64,000 nucleotides of DNA from Candidatus Hydrogenedentota bacterium (GCA_963745075.1 CAVUWV010000036.1:96001-160000); one strand, 5' to 3'; counted from the first letter of the stretch, positions 47,820-59,403 are shown. Translations and numbers: made by a program. Notes: generated from the letters alone by a model not told the origin.

Positions 47820-49608
47820 CGGAGTGGTAATAGTTGTCGCGTAACCGTTCGTGTAGCGAACGCAACGTTAACCGCTCCCCGTCAGAATCAAACACTTCCG
47901 GCCATATCGGCGCGGCCCGGCGCGGCACCACGATAAACGGCGTCAGTTCCGGCCGGGACGGACCCGCGTGGGCACCCCGTTCGTAGGAATAGGTAATGAC
48001 GGGTCCTGTCCTGGATCGGTGCCCAAAAATCAAAATATCGCCGGCCGATGGCATGTTCGCCCAGCGACATAACCCGTCGCGGTTTCCCCGGAGCAGTTCA
48101 CTCAACTCCGGCAATCCCGCAGTCGCCATGGCGTCGGCGTCATCAATTTCGAACCACATTCCCGCAGCGCCCACTTTCGCACCCCCATTACGCGTTCGGA
48201 TCAGCGAAAAGCCAATGCCCTCGTGGCGGGCCAACTCCTCCAGAAACTCCGGGAAACGGCCGCCCCACACTTCGAAGTCAACCGGACCGGTCACTCCTTC
48301 GAGGTACAGTCCGGCCACCGGCCCCGTGGATACAAACTTCAGTCGCGGCGATTCCGGCGACCCGATTTCACGTCCGTCGTGGGCGTATGCCTCCTGTGCC
48401 GCGCGAAGGAGCCGGTCGTACAAGCGCCGGAGCGGGCCGGGCAGCAGTTCCCGCACTTCGTGGGCGTAGCCGGCCTGACGTTTGATGCGCGACAGGTCGC
48501 GACGGCCCCGCTGCCCTTTAATGAGCCGGCCTCTGCCGAGCCGTTCCTGGTCCCGTTGGGTCCGTGCGTCCTTTCGAACATCGTCCGTTTCCCCGTGAAG
48601 TATGTCGAAGAGCAGTTCAAAATGCCGCGCGGGCTCTTGACCGAAGCGTTCCTGAAAGGGCACGGAGGGAACCTGCCCGTGGTCGCTCCAAACGTAAAGA
48701 TCGTACTGACGCACACCGTCGTGCTCGGCCCGCTGTATTGCGTCGTACACGCGATGTACCGACGCGTCCAGCCCTTTCAACGTCCACTGCGCGAACGCGC
48801 TGTTGGGTCCACGATGATGGGCGTGCTCGTCGTAGCCCAGATAATTCACGTAGATCGGACCGACACCCCGCCGGATATCCAGAATCGCGGCCAACGTCGC
48901 AATCTCGCGGCACAACACCACGCACGCAATTCGCGGAAACAGAAACTGAAACTCTAGAAACTTATTGTGTTGCGAGAATAGTCCGTACACCAGGTCAAAC
49001 AAGGCCACTACGACTTCAACAGATGCGTAATACACAAGTCGTGCGAGCAACACGAACTGGGAGACCACGAAGAGTAGGATCCAACGGGGGCGCGTACCCA
49101 CGTTCAAACTGGGCCGAAACAGTCGCGAGAAGGTAAGCAGCGTATCGCGCGCCCCGCCCGTGAAGATCGCCGTGTACGCGGCACCTCGGTCGAGCAGGCC
49201 GCGAAAAGGGGACACACGTTTGCTCAACGCGTCTTCAATCCCCGCAACGTCGTCAACGGCATTGAGATGAATCTCTGTATGTCTCTCCTTGTCGTACCAG
49301 AAGAACCCGGGTACATCGTGGTTGTCCCCGTAGAAGAGCCCCGACTGAAACGCCCCCGTCGAGGCCGGCAACATGGACCGCCACGGGACGGCCACGGCCC
49401 TGTCCGAAGCGAGTAGCTTCGCGATAAACGGCAATTGGCCGTCCTTCACCGCCTTGATAAATTCGGCATGGCTCAATCCGTCGATTTGGAGCAGCACGCA
49501 GGATCGGCCTTCCCGATGCTCGGGCATCTCGTACGCGAGACCCAGATACCGGAGCAAACGAAACGGCGGTGATTCGGCTCGGGATGTCTGGTCGAAAGGT
49601 TCAGCCAT
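47794..49608 (-). CDS. Alkaline phosphatase superfamily / type I phosphodiesterase-like protein
   Basis: LQIDGLS, PASTGAFQ, YDEHAHHRGP, WSDHGQ, GAHAG. Confidence 0.8.
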   Translation of the reverse strand: MAEPFDQTSRAESPPFRLLRYLGLAYEMPEHREGRSCVLLQIDGLSHAEFIKAVKDGQLPFIAKLLASDRAVAVPWRSMLPASTGAFQSGLFYGDNHDVPGFFWYDKERHTEIHLNAVDDVAGIEDALSKRVSPFRGLLDRGAAYTAIFTGGARDTLLTFSRLFRPSLNVGTRPRWILLFVVSQFVLLARLVYYASVEVVVALFDLVYGLFSQHNKFLEFQFLFPRIACVVLCREIATLAAILDIRRGVGPIYVNYLGYDEHAHHRGPNSAFAQWTLKGLDASVHRVYDAIQRAEHDGVRQYDLYVWSDHGQVPSVPFQERFGQEPARHFELLFDILHGETDDVRKDARTQRDQERLGRGRLIKGQRGRRDLSRIKRQAGYAHEVRELLPGPLRRLYDRLLRAAQEAYAHDGREIGSPESPRLKFVSTGPVAGLYLEGVTGPVDFEVWGGRFPEFLEELARHEGIGFSLIRTRNGGAKVGAAGMWFEIDDADAMATAGLPELSELLRGNRDGLCRWANMPSAGDILIFGHRSRTGPVITYSYERGAHAGPSRPELTPFIVVPRRAAPIWPEVFDSDGERLTLRSLHERLRDNYYHSDDGEAADG

Positions 49609-49685
49609 GAGATCATCGTACCAGATGCGTGCGGCCTCGGTAGAGCGACCGGTGGCGGGCCATGTGGCACAGCCTGAAACAAAAA

Positions 49686-49763
<78 letters not shown>

Positions 49764-50064
49764 GCCGAAGAACGGATGGCGCACTGCCGGAAACCACTAC
49801 GTGAAATGCGAAACCAGCCTGCAATTCCTGAATAAAAACGCAACAATACCCTGCGCGACAGCGCAAAGCGGTCCGTATAGTCGCATACTCCGGGAACCCA
49901 AGTCAACGCGCGCGTGCCACAGCACGCCACAACACGGAGATCCGCCAGCCGGCCGCCCCAGCCCGCAAGGCCTTGCATACCCATGGCTTTTGACCGAACC
50001 CGCGAATTGGAGTACCGTTGCACGGGTTGGCGATTGGATTGCGACTTCGGGGAGCTTGACCGTC

Positions 50065-51450
50065 ATGGGCGATGAACAGAAAAAGCGGGGATGCTTTCGG
50101 TTTGTGCTGCGGTGGACCTTTCGGGTGGCCGCGCTGGTCGTGGTATTTGTGGTGTGCGCGTTCCTATACGTATTCCGGGGCGCGCTTTACGACCGGTTCT
50201 ACTACTTTCCCCGCGACGCGGCCGCCTGGGACGCAATCCGGGCCGACCGGGTCCCGCCTTCGCTGGATGACGGATGGACGGAATTCCGCGGCGCTTGCCA
50301 CAGCCATTCGGAGTTGTCGCACGACAGCGAGGTCCCGTTCCCGGAGATTTTGCAAGCCGCGAAAGATGCCGACATCAGCTTCATTTGTATGTCCGACCAC
50401 TGTGACGATGGCAAGGCGGACTTTTCCAAGGGGTGGGAAGGTCTCCACGACGGCGTGTTGTTCGTTCGCGGCTACGAAATGAGCTACGGATTTATGCCAT
50501 GGGGGCTGCCGCCGAATACGGTGCTGGATTGCGGCGAAGACCCAGAGAAACTCGCCAAAGAAATCGTCGACAAGGGCGGCGTGCTTTTCATCGCCCACTC
50601 CGAAGAAGAGCGGGACTGGGATCTTCCCGAGATCTCGGGCATGGAGATCTACAACATCCACACCGACTTCAAAGGGGAAGGCCTTTCCGAGATGGCGCCC
50701 GACATCATTCTGTCGCTGCGCAAGTATCCCGACCAGGTGCTGCGAACGATCTACGATCCGCAAATTGATATCCTCAAACTCTGGGACGATCTCAACAAGA
50801 ATCGGTACATGGCGGGGATATCCGCCAACGACGCCCATCAGAACAATGGTTTCCGCGGATACTACACGGACCAAGACACGTTCTTGCTCCGCATGACCAG
50901 CGACGACACGGTGGGGGAGTGGAAGTTGAACTTCCTGACTCGGCCGCTGTTGCGTTGGGCGTTCGGTCCGTTGACGCCGGGCGAACAACTGTTCCGCGTC
51001 GATCTTGACCCCTACGCGCGCAGCCTGCGGTTTGTAAACAATCACGTGCTGGCCGAAAATCTCACCCAGGAGGACATCCTCGATGCGCTGAGCAAAGGCC
51101 GGTCCTTCATCGCATTCGACATGATCGCCGACGCGCGCGGGTTTGTCTTCTTCGCCGACGACGGCGATCGCAAGTTCGTCATGGGTCAGGAAGTGCCCAT
51201 GCAGGAAGGACTGGTCTTCCGCGCGGCCTCACCGAACCTCGTGCGCTTCAAGCTCTTTTCCAACGGCGAATTGATCGACACGCAAGAAGGCCGCGAATAT
51301 GAGTACAAAGTGCCGTACGCCGGCAAATACCGGCTTGAGGCCGACCTGCTGATTCTCGATACCTGGACCCCTTGGGTGTACACCAATCCCATCGTCGTCG
51401 GGCCTTCCGCGAACAACAGCACGCACGACAAACCACCCTACAAGATCTAG
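50065..51450 (+). CDS. PHP-domain metallohydrolase (CehA/McbA-like) with N-terminal TM
   Basis: HSHSELSHD, MSDH, IAH, EIYN, NDAH, WVYTNPI. Confidence 0.8.
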   Translation: MGDEQKKRGCFRFVLRWTFRVAALVVVFVVCAFLYVFRGALYDRFYYFPRDAAAWDAIRADRVPPSLDDGWTEFRGACHSHSELSHDSEVPFPEILQAAKDADISFICMSDHCDDGKADFSKGWEGLHDGVLFVRGYEMSYGFMPWGLPPNTVLDCGEDPEKLAKEIVDKGGVLFIAHSEEERDWDLPEISGMEIYNIHTDFKGEGLSEMAPDIILSLRKYPDQVLRTIYDPQIDILKLWDDLNKNRYMAGISANDAHQNNGFRGYYTDQDTFLLRMTSDDTVGEWKLNFLTRPLLRWAFGPLTPGEQLFRVDLDPYARSLRFVNNHVLAENLTQEDILDALSKGRSFIAFDMIADARGFVFFADDGDRKFVMGQEVPMQEGLVFRAASPNLVRFKLFSNGELIDTQEGREYEYKVPYAGKYRLEADLLILDTWTPWVYTNPIVVGPSANNSTHDKPPYKI

Positions 51451-52756
51451 ATGCCCACGCTCAGCGTAGTCATGATCGTGAAGAACGAGGCGCAGTGCCT
51501 CGCGGACTGCCTGAGAAGTGTCCACGACATCGCGGACGAGATCGTCGTAGGCGACACCGGTTCAACGGACGAGACCGTCGCCATTGCCCGGGGTTTCGAC
51601 GCACGCGTGATTTTCGTCGAGTGGCACAACGACTTCGCCGAAGCGCGCAACGAAGTGCTTCGTGCCGCCACCGGCGACTGGTTGTTTCATATGGACGCCG
51701 ACGAAGTCGTCGATCCCCAGGGCGCGAAGCGTATCCGCGCTATGGTGGATGCGGACGGCGACGGCGCGGATGCCATTGAAGTGACGCTGGCGAACTACTG
51801 CGACACGCCCCGCGCCTGGCGATGGGTGGCCGCGGCGCCACACGACCCGTACGCGCGAGGCAAGTCCGGGTATATTGCCGTAGGATTGCTCCGCCTGTTC
51901 CGCAATCGCCGCGGCTACGAATACCGCGAACCCGTGCACGAGAACATCACGGAGAGCGTGGAAGAAGCCAAGGGCGTCATCGTTCCCCAGCCCATTCTCA
52001 TTCATCACTACGGCTACGAAGGCCCTACGGACAATGAAAAGGCGCGGAACTATTTATCGATCGCCCGCGAGAAAGCCGTGCAACGGCCGGACGATCCGAA
52101 AGGCGTGGCACGATTTATCGGAGCAACTGTTGTCGCTCGGCCACACGGACGAAGCCGAAGCGGCGGCACGGCATGCGCTGGCATTGGAGCCGGAGCATCT
52201 CGGCGCGGCGACGACGCTCGGAAACATCCTGCTGAACCAGGGCGATTTGGACGAGGCGAGCGCCTTGTTCCTGCGCTTGGAAGCGGACGGCACCTCTCCG
52301 CCCCACGTGACGACCGCGCTGGCCGCCATTGCCTGCCGCCAGGGGCGCGTAAACGAAGCGCTGGAACGGTTGGAAGCGGTCGTCACAACGGTGCCCGGCC
52401 ATGTGATGGCACGATTATATCTCGCGCGCGCGTTGGACTTGGCGGGCCGCGCGGCCGAGGCGCGAGAACAACTCGACGCGCTGCGGAACACCGCACCCCG
52501 GCTCATCGAAGTGCAACAGCGCCTCCAGGCCCACGAACTGCGGACCACCGGGGAGAACCAAGCGCGGCACGGCGATGCCCAATCGGCCCTGGCCGCATTC
52601 GTCGCCGCCCTGAAACTCGATCCCGAGGATCCGCTGCTCCATCTCGACGTCGGCGTCGTGGCGGCGGCGCTGGGACAAACGGAAGGGGCCGACCGGTCCT
52701 TCGCCCGTGCTTCCCGGCTGGCAGCGAGTTTGGCGGGAATCCGGGCGTTCTTGTGA
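51451..52756 (+). CDS. GT2 glycosyltransferase with C-terminal TPRs, one +1 frameshift at about 52101
   Basis: SVVMIVKNE, DTGSTD, W.NDFAEARN, MDADE, PVHE, HYGY; PDDPK|AWHDL continues into the TPR frame. Confidence 0.88.
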
Positions 52757-52787
52757 CACGCGTCGACCGCGCCAGAATCGCGGGGAA

Positions 52788-53768
52788 CTACCAGCGGACG
52801 ATGGAAGACGCCCACGTCAACCCGGCGCCGAAGGACGCGAGCAGGACGAGGTCGCCTTCTTTGATGCGCCCGTCGCGGACGGCTTCATCGAGGGCGATGG
52901 GAATGGAAGCGGCGACGGTGTTGGCCACGCGGTCGATGTTGGATACCACGCGATCCGGACCGAAGCCGAGGCGCTGGCCCACGGCCTCCGTGATCCGAAC
53001 GTTGGCTTGATGAGGCACGAAGTAGTCGATGTCATCCAGCGAAACGCCGGCGGCTTCGCAGGCCACTTTGGCGGCTGCAACGAACTCCACGACGGCGCGT
53101 TTGAATAGTTCCTTCCCCTTCATGTGGATCGTGTTGAGATCGGTGTCTACCGTGTCGCGCTTCGCAGGAATAACCGAACCGCCCACGGGCAGCCACAGGA
53201 TTTCACGCCCGGAGCCATCCGCCCACAGGTGCGTCGTCAACACCCCGCGGTCGCCTTCTTCGCCGCGCAGCACGACCGCGCCCGCGCCATCCCCGAACAA
53301 CACGGCGGTGTCGCGTTTCGTGAAATTGATCCGGTTGGTGGCGACCTCGGAGGCCACGATCAGCACCGTCTCGTATTGGCCGCTCCGAATGAACGCGTCC
53401 CCGGTAGATAAGCCGTACATGAAACCGGAGCACGCGGCGTTCACGTCAAAGGCGGGAGTATTGGCAAGCCCAAGTTTTTCCTGAAGCACGCACGATGCCG
53501 CCGGGAATACGTAGTCGCTCGTCGTCGTGCAGAACAGGATAATGTCGACGTCGGAAACCGACAGGCCGGCCGCTTCCAGGGCGCGCAAGGCGGCGGGGAC
53601 GCCGATATCGGAAGGTCCCTGGCCGTCCTCGACAATGTAGCGCTGCTGAATGCCGGTGCGCTGCCGCACCCACGCGTCGGTGGTGTCGCAGACCTTTTCG
53701 AGATCTGCGTTAGTCAATACTTTTTCCGGAAAATTGTGGCCGGTGCCAACGATTCGTGTCCGAAACAT
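52788..53768 (-). CDS. fabH: Beta-ketoacyl-ACP synthase III
   Basis: AACSGF, LFGDGAGA, PHQAN, ANT.AASIP, FGAGLTW. Confidence 0.95.
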   Translation of the reverse strand: MFRTRIVGTGHNFPEKVLTNADLEKVCDTTDAWVRQRTGIQQRYIVEDGQGPSDIGVPAALRALEAAGLSVSDVDIILFCTTTSDYVFPAASCVLQEKLGLANTPAFDVNAACSGFMYGLSTGDAFIRSGQYETVLIVASEVATNRINFTKRDTAVLFGDGAGAVVLRGEEGDRGVLTTHLWADGSGREILWLPVGGSVIPAKRDTVDTDLNTIHMKGKELFKRAVVEFVAAAKVACEAAGVSLDDIDYFVPHQANVRITEAVGQRLGFGPDRVVSNIDRVANTVAASIPIALDEAVRDGRIKEGDLVLLASFGAGLTWASSIVRW

Positions 53769-54119
53769 GCGCGACTCTCCATGACTCGCCCGCCGGCATT
53801 CGATAGGTGTGGTGGGCGAGTAACCGGGCCCGCCGCGAGGCAGTCACGCTCCCTGCGACTGCCCGAACGCACCATGCCGCATCCCGGCTTCGCTGAGGTG
53901 TGTTGGAGTGGGGACCCGGACTCGTAGGCCGAAGGGTACCACATTTGCCGCACCGGTTCCAGATGACGGCGCGCATTTCGACCTCGCAACCGGCGCCGAA
54001 CAAACCTGACTGACGGTCTTCACCGACGGCCTGGCGACACGCCGCCCCGTTTCATCGTCGCGGCCGAATCGAGGGAGATTCGGAGGTGTTCGGTCCCGGC
54101 GTCGACGGACCATGCAATC

Positions 54120-55541
54120 TTAAGCGCCCCTTGGGCCGGCGCCGGACGGTGCGACCGCCTCACCCGGCTCGGATGCGAATACACGACGTACCGTTTCCAT
54201 CGGCGGCGGAACGGACGTTTGGAGGTCGAACCGAAGCCCCCCCGCCGCGCCGTCGCGTCGGACCTGTAATCCGTGTAGCGTATCAATGACGTCCTGCACG
54301 GCGGCAATCCCCGTTCCGATGGCCGCGATGCCGTTGCCGGCCGTCACGAGCAGCGGGTTTACAACCCGTACGGTGTCGATAGTGAGCGCTCCGTAAGTAA
54401 CCGGTTGGGCCGAGGACATGGAGGGTAGTGTCGCCCGGTAGAGTTCCCGAACCCGTTCGTCGTCCGTCACGGCCCATCCGAGCGCCACAGACCCGCCGTC
54501 AATTCGGAGACATGCTATCGTTCCCAAGGTCGCCGACAAGGTTTCCGCGGCGGCGGTGGCGTCGTCGTCGTTCATTTCCAACGCGGCGCTGTGAAGCGCA
54601 TTGGTAACGAGCGAACGGAGCGATGGGATCAAGCGAACGGTCAACGAGGCGCCGCTGTCCTCGCGCGGCACGTCCGGCGAGCCGTCGCTATGGGGCGCCT
54701 CGTCGAGCCACGCAGCCAGTGCGGGGTGCGTCTGCGAAACCCATGTCACGTCGCACAAGATACCTTCGTCGTTCCATTTCATCGTGAACGGGATCGGTTC
54801 GGTATCCGCAAAGCCGTCGGACAGCGAATCGACAAAACTCGAGAGCGGTGTAGCCAGAAATGCCGGGGCGGATTTGCTGCGCTGCGTTAGATATGGTTCG
54901 AGTGACGCGCGAATCCCTGTGGGCCGGATCGCGCCGTGCCAGCGATTATCCGCATCGAATTGGACCGACCCATGATTCTTGCGCAAGGCCTCGAGTTTCG
55001 CTGCCGCCGCTCTCAGGAACTCCGGATCGTTGCCCAGGAGGGCCCAATCTCCGACCGTCTCAGCTGGGAGGGGATTCGGCCCCGCCGCAGACTTGATTGT
55101 CTCCAGAAACTGCGCGGGGTTGACCGCGCGCATGATCGACACGGCGTTTACCGCACCGGGCGAAGCGTCCCCCGCGGAAGGCACGCGAAACAGAAACACG
55201 GCAGGGCCGTCCGGGTCGATGGCATGCGCGTGCATCCATTCTATGGCGTCGCCTTGCATGCCCGTCGACGTGAGGAGCAGCGCGTCAGCGGAGTCCGGGT
55301 ATTGTAGCCTGTGGAGCAGGGCCGTGGCATTCGCGAACGCCGTGCCGAGTTTCGGCACCGCGATGGCCAGCGCGGCAGCGTCGGGCAACATGTCCTGAAA
55401 GGTGGCAACCGGCGGCGGCGATTCGTACGCAGACGGAGCAGCGGGAGCCGAAGGTTCCTCACGGCCGCACCCTCCGATAATCAGGGCTACCAGGCCGATC
55501 CGGGCCCACTGGTGACGGACTATCCCCCCGCTGCCGCGCAT
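54120..55541 (-). CDS. Hypothetical lipoprotein
   Basis: Lipobox-like IGGC after hydrophobic stretch; starts immediately after nikR stop. Confidence 0.6.
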   Translation of the reverse strand: MRGSGGIVRHQWARIGLVALIIGGCGREEPSAPAAPSAYESPPPVATFQDMLPDAAALAIAVPKLGTAFANATALLHRLQYPDSADALLLTSTGMQGDAIEWMHAHAIDPDGPAVFLFRVPSAGDASPGAVNAVSIMRAVNPAQFLETIKSAAGPNPLPAETVGDWALLGNDPEFLRAAAAKLEALRKNHGSVQFDADNRWHGAIRPTGIRASLEPYLTQRSKSAPAFLATPLSSFVDSLSDGFADTEPIPFTMKWNDEGILCDVTWVSQTHPALAAWLDEAPHSDGSPDVPREDSGASLTVRLIPSLRSLVTNALHSAALEMNDDDATAAAETLSATLGTIACLRIDGGSVALGWAVTDDERVRELYRATLPSMSSAQPVTYGALTIDTVRVVNPLLVTAGNGIAAIGTGIAAVQDVIDTLHGLQVRRDGAAGGLRFDLQTSVPPPMETVRRVFASEPGEAVAPSGAGPRGA

Positions 55542-55958
55542 TCACGCCAGGCTCTTGCCCGTGGAATTCAGCGACAACGCCGCGTGGAGGACACCTTTCT
55601 CGCGGCGCATGCTGTCGGTGAGCGCGCGAATGAGTTTGCCTTGGCCCCGCACCATGATCATTTCGGCGCACAGGTCGTGATCGAGATGAACGTGGGTCGT
55701 TGCGAGAATGTTGCTGTGGTGATTGTGTTGCAAGTGATTCAGACGGTCGCTCAGTCCCCGTTGATGGTGGTCGTAGAGCAGGGTAATGGTCCCCACCGCT
55801 TCCACGTTGCGTTCCCACTCTTCCTCGACGAGTTTGCCGCGGATCAGGTCGCGAATGTATTCGGAGCGATTGGTGTATCCGCTGGTCTGCACCAGATCTT
55901 CCAGGCGCCGCAGCAACGGCGCTTCGATGGACATGCTGACACGCTCCAGTTCCGGCAT
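55542..55958 (-). CDS. nikR: Nickel-responsive regulator NikR
   Basis: RHH RVSMSI...GYTNRSEYIRDLIR; YDHH, QH, THVHLDHDLC. Confidence 0.93.
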   Translation of the reverse strand: MPELERVSMSIEAPLLRRLEDLVQTSGYTNRSEYIRDLIRGKLVEEEWERNVEAVGTITLLYDHHQRGLSDRLNHLQHNHHSNILATTHVHLDHDLCAEMIMVRGQGKLIRALTDSMRREKGVLHAALSLNSTGKSLA

Positions 55959-56029
55959 CGGCACAACTCCTAAGAGGCAACTTGTTCTATGGACGGTATG
56001 GACAACCCCATGGCTCGATCGAATCGGTT

Positions 56030-56477
56030 TCAGCGATCGGCGCCGAAGGCGGAGGCCGTCGGGAAGTGCAGGATGCAGCCCGCAATCGCCGCGCCCCACA
56101 ACAGCAGCGCAAACATGGCGTCGGCCGTCAGCAGCGCAACGACGAATCCCATCAAGCCCGCGCTCTCGCCGAGAGCCATGGCGACAATCATGTTCCGGAA
56201 GCGCGCGGGCAACGCGGCGTCCCCTTCCGGGATCTGTGCCCTCCAAAATTCGGCGAATGACGAACGACAGTGCCAGAGAACCGATACCCGCAACCAACAG
56301 TACGACCTTCAGAATCAGCGCCGTTTGGGAATCCAATTCCGTGAGCCCCCCGGACGGGATGGTTCCGCCGAGGATCAAAATGGTGCCAATGACTGCGTAT
56401 CCGATGGTCGCCATCAGTATCGCGCCCGCAATGATTCGGCCTTTCTGAAACATCTCCGCTACGGACACTTCAGCCAT
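56030..56477 (-). CDS. Hypothetical 4-TM membrane protein, one +1 frameshift at about 56241
   Basis: Two TM in the first frame; continues in a second frame (MALGESAGLMG...LHFPT). Confidence 0.6.
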
Positions 56478-56509
56478 CGTTCGATGCTCCCCTCTACACG
56501 ATTTCGTGG

Positions 56510-56995
56510 TTAAGAATCGTCCGAATCCGGTCTGGTTTGCCGGCTCTGCTCGATGCGTTTGAGTTTTCGCCACAACGTATTGCGGCCGATGCCCAGCCGT
56601 CGCGCCGCTTCCGCCCGGTTGCCTTTGCAGCGGTGCAGCGTTTCCAGAATATGTTCGTTTTCGATGTCCTCGAGCGGAGCCGGCGGCTTTTCGGCGGCAA
56701 CGGGCGCGATGGACGTTGCGCGCCGGATCATCAGCGCCGCCTCACCGGGCACGAGGGGGAGAAAGATGTACCCGAACACGCCGCCGCGCATGGCCTCGAC
56801 TGCGTCGCGCAATTGATTCACCGCGGCCAGAACGAGCGTCGGCTCTTCCTTTGCAAACGCGACCGATCGCTCGAGGTCGTCGGTCACGATCACATCCGGA
56901 TTGTCGTCCGTCATGACATGGCCGTCCGCCTCGAGGAGGGTTTTCAGCGTCAACCGGTTCACCGGGTCCGCAACTTCCAGCCATACGCGAGCCAT
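56510..56995 (-). CDS. Degenerate receiver + Fis-type HTH regulator
   Basis: PDVIVTD, AVEAMRGG; LEDIENEHILETL...GNRAEAARRLGIGRNTLWRKLK. Confidence 0.8.
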   Translation of the reverse strand: MARVWLEVADPVNRLTLKTLLEADGHVMTDDNPDVIVTDDLERSVAFAKEEPTLVLAAVNQLRDAVEAMRGGVFGYIFLPLVPGEAALMIRRATSIAPVAAEKPPAPLEDIENEHILETLHRCKGNRAEAARRLGIGRNTLWRKLKRIEQSRQTRPDSDDS

Positions 56996-57052
56996 AATGC
57001 CACGCTACTCCTTTTTCGGCCCGTATTTCTACCGAACAACGATCAATCGCAA

Positions 57053-58230
57053 TCAAGTGCGAGTCTTCTTCTTTTTCTTCATGCGCCGCTTTCGCGGTGG
57101 GGGCACCATACCCTTTAGCGTCAACATCTTACCGAAACACAGCAGAGAATCGCCGACGAGGAGTTCCCGGGATCCCCGGGGGTTGGGGATGACCACACCA
57201 TTGCGGTCGATGCTGAGCACGAGGACATCGCGATCCCGCAAGCCGGTTTCCGAAATGGTCTTGCCGACGAACTCCGACTTGGGGCCGACGGGCACTTCAC
57301 TGACGCCGTAGCCGCCCTTCACCGTGAGTCGCTGGCGTACGTCGATTTCGGGGAAGAGCACCTGCTCTTCCATGAGTTCCACAATGGCGCCCGCGATGTC
57401 GACACCGGATATGGATTCGATGCCTTCGAGCCCAGGCGACGAATTGATCTCCATCACCTTGGGTCCGTCCTCCGCCTCGAGCATGTCGACGCCCGCTACG
57501 CGCAGCCCCATGATTTGCGCGGCCCGCACCGCGGTATGTTCGTATTCTTCGTCGAGCTTGATGGACTCGGTCTGGCCGCCGCGATGGACGTTGCTGCGGA
57601 ACTCCTGCCCCTGCGCCCGCCGCCGCATGGCGGCCACGACCCGATCGCCCACGACGAAGGCGCGGATGTCGCGTGCCCTTGCTTTCGGCGACGAATTTCT
57701 GGATCAGCACGTTCTGCCGCGTGCTTTGCAGCGTTTCGATGATGGCGTCGGCCACGTCGGTCGAGTCGGCGAGAATGACGCCGATGCCCTGCGTGCCTTC
57801 CAGGAGTTTGATGATCACCGGCGTGCCGCCGACTTCGCTCGACCGCCGGCAGCACGTCCTTCTTGTCGCGCACAAAGGCGGACTGGGGGATGCCGATGCT
57901 GTGCCGGCTGAGGATCTGGAGCGAGCGCAGCTTGTCGCGCGAGACCGCGATGGCGTGCGACGAGTTCAGCGTGAAGACGCCCATCTGCTCGAACTGGCGC
58001 ACCACCGAACAGCCGAAGAAGGTGATCGAGGCGCCAATCCGGGGAATCACCGCGTCGTAATGCGGCACGTTCCGGCCGTGGTAGGACAGGCTGGGCTCTT
58101 CTTCTTCCACGTGAATCGAGAAAAAGTTCGTATCCAGAACCTTGACCTGATGGCCTCGCGCAACGGCCGCTTCGCGCAGCCGGCGCGTCGAATAGAGCCG
58201 CGGCCCTCGCGAGAGGATCGCTATCTTCAT
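57053..58230 (-). CDS. rimK: RimK-family alpha-L-glutamate ligase with C-terminal TrkA-C domain, two +1 frameshifts (about 57835 and 57675)
   Basis: [78 protein letters not shown]...VLSIDR. Confidence 0.9.
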
Positions 58231-58383
58231 AAAAGTCTCTCCCAATTACTACCGATCGAGCGGAGCAACCCGTTTCGGCCGGCACACAGCCCGGCGCGTC
58301 CGGTTCGAAACGATGTATCCAGTTCCCTTGCAGAATCCTGTGCCGCTGGGCACATCAGAAACAACACCGCAGGTCAGGGGTCT

Positions 58384-59370
58384 CTATTCCGGGACCCCAA
58401 CGTGCACGATCGCGTCTCCACGGTAGACGAGCGGGTTGACCGTCTGTCCGATCACCAAGCCCGTATGAGGCGAACGCACCACCACTTTGCTTTCCTCAAA
58501 CGAGTCGGAGATCTGGCCGATGGCCTGTCCTTTCCGCACATGATCCCCTACGGCAGCGGATAGACGCAAGATCCCGCTGCGGCGCGCACGAATCCATTTG
58601 CTCGATCGAACTTCCAGGCGCGGATTGCGGCGGATGCGGCTGTGGCCTACCCGCATGCCCAACACGGTCATCACGCGCAACACGCCCGAAATGCCCGTCT
58701 CAATGGCGTCGTCATTGAATCGCAACGGTTCACCCGCCTCGTAAACCAGCACGTGGACGCCGCTTTCCACCGCAGCCTGTCGAAGCGATCCGTCGCGGAC
58801 CGCGGAGTTTATGATAACGGACGCCCCGAAGGCTACCGCGCATTGCCGCGTTTCCGGATCGTCGAGGTTCGCCCGGATCTGCGGCAGATTCGTTCGATTC
58901 ATCCCGGCGGTATGGAGGTCGATCCCGTGCGTGCACGATCGAATGATCTCGCGCCGGACCGTACACGCCAGGCGCGACGCCAGCGATCCGTTCGGGGTTC
59001 CAGGAAAACTCCGATTGAGATCGCGGCGATCCGGCAAGTAGCGCGACTGGGTGATCAATCCAAACATGTTGACCACCGGCACCGCCAGGACCGTGCCGCG
59101 AATGCGTGCCGGGTCCAGCCGCGCCACCACGCGCCGGATGATCTCCATTCCGTTCAGTTCGTCGCCGTGAAGCGCCGCGGTCAGGAACAGGCGCGGGCCA
59201 TCCTTCTTTCCGTGCAGGACCTGGACCGGCATGGGGATCGCTGTGTGTGTGTAAAGCTGCGGTAACGGCACATCGACGGTGCGCCGCTCACCGCGTTGAA
59301 CTTCCACGCCGGAAAGCACAAACGGCGACCGCTTGCCCGTCTTCCCCGTCAACTTCGTATTACCTGCCAT
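58384..59370 (-). CDS. Succinylglutamate desuccinylase/aspartoacylase (M14-like) protein
   Basis: AALHGDELNG, RDLNRSFPG, IDLHT, YEAGE. Confidence 0.92.
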   Translation of the reverse strand: MAGNTKLTGKTGKRSPFVLSGVEVQRGERRTVDVPLPQLYTHTAIPMPVQVLHGKKDGPRLFLTAALHGDELNGMEIIRRVVARLDPARIRGTVLAVPVVNMFGLITQSRYLPDRRDLNRSFPGTPNGSLASRLACTVRREIIRSCTHGIDLHTAGMNRTNLPQIRANLDDPETRQCAVAFGASVIINSAVRDGSLRQAAVESGVHVLVYEAGEPLRFNDDAIETGISGVLRVMTVLGMRVGHSRIRRNPRLEVRSSKWIRARRSGILRLSAAVGDHVRKGQAIGQISDSFEESKVVVRSPHTGLVIGQTVNPLVYRGDAIVHVGVPE

Positions 59371-59403
59371 AGGTGTCTGCCGCCTCACCCGCTTCCGTTC
59401 GAG

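Noticed and set aside
55542..56573. 343-aa apparent membrane protein-NikR fusion
   Set aside because: Artefact of a +1 frameshift at about 56241; nikR has its own AGGAG RBS and start
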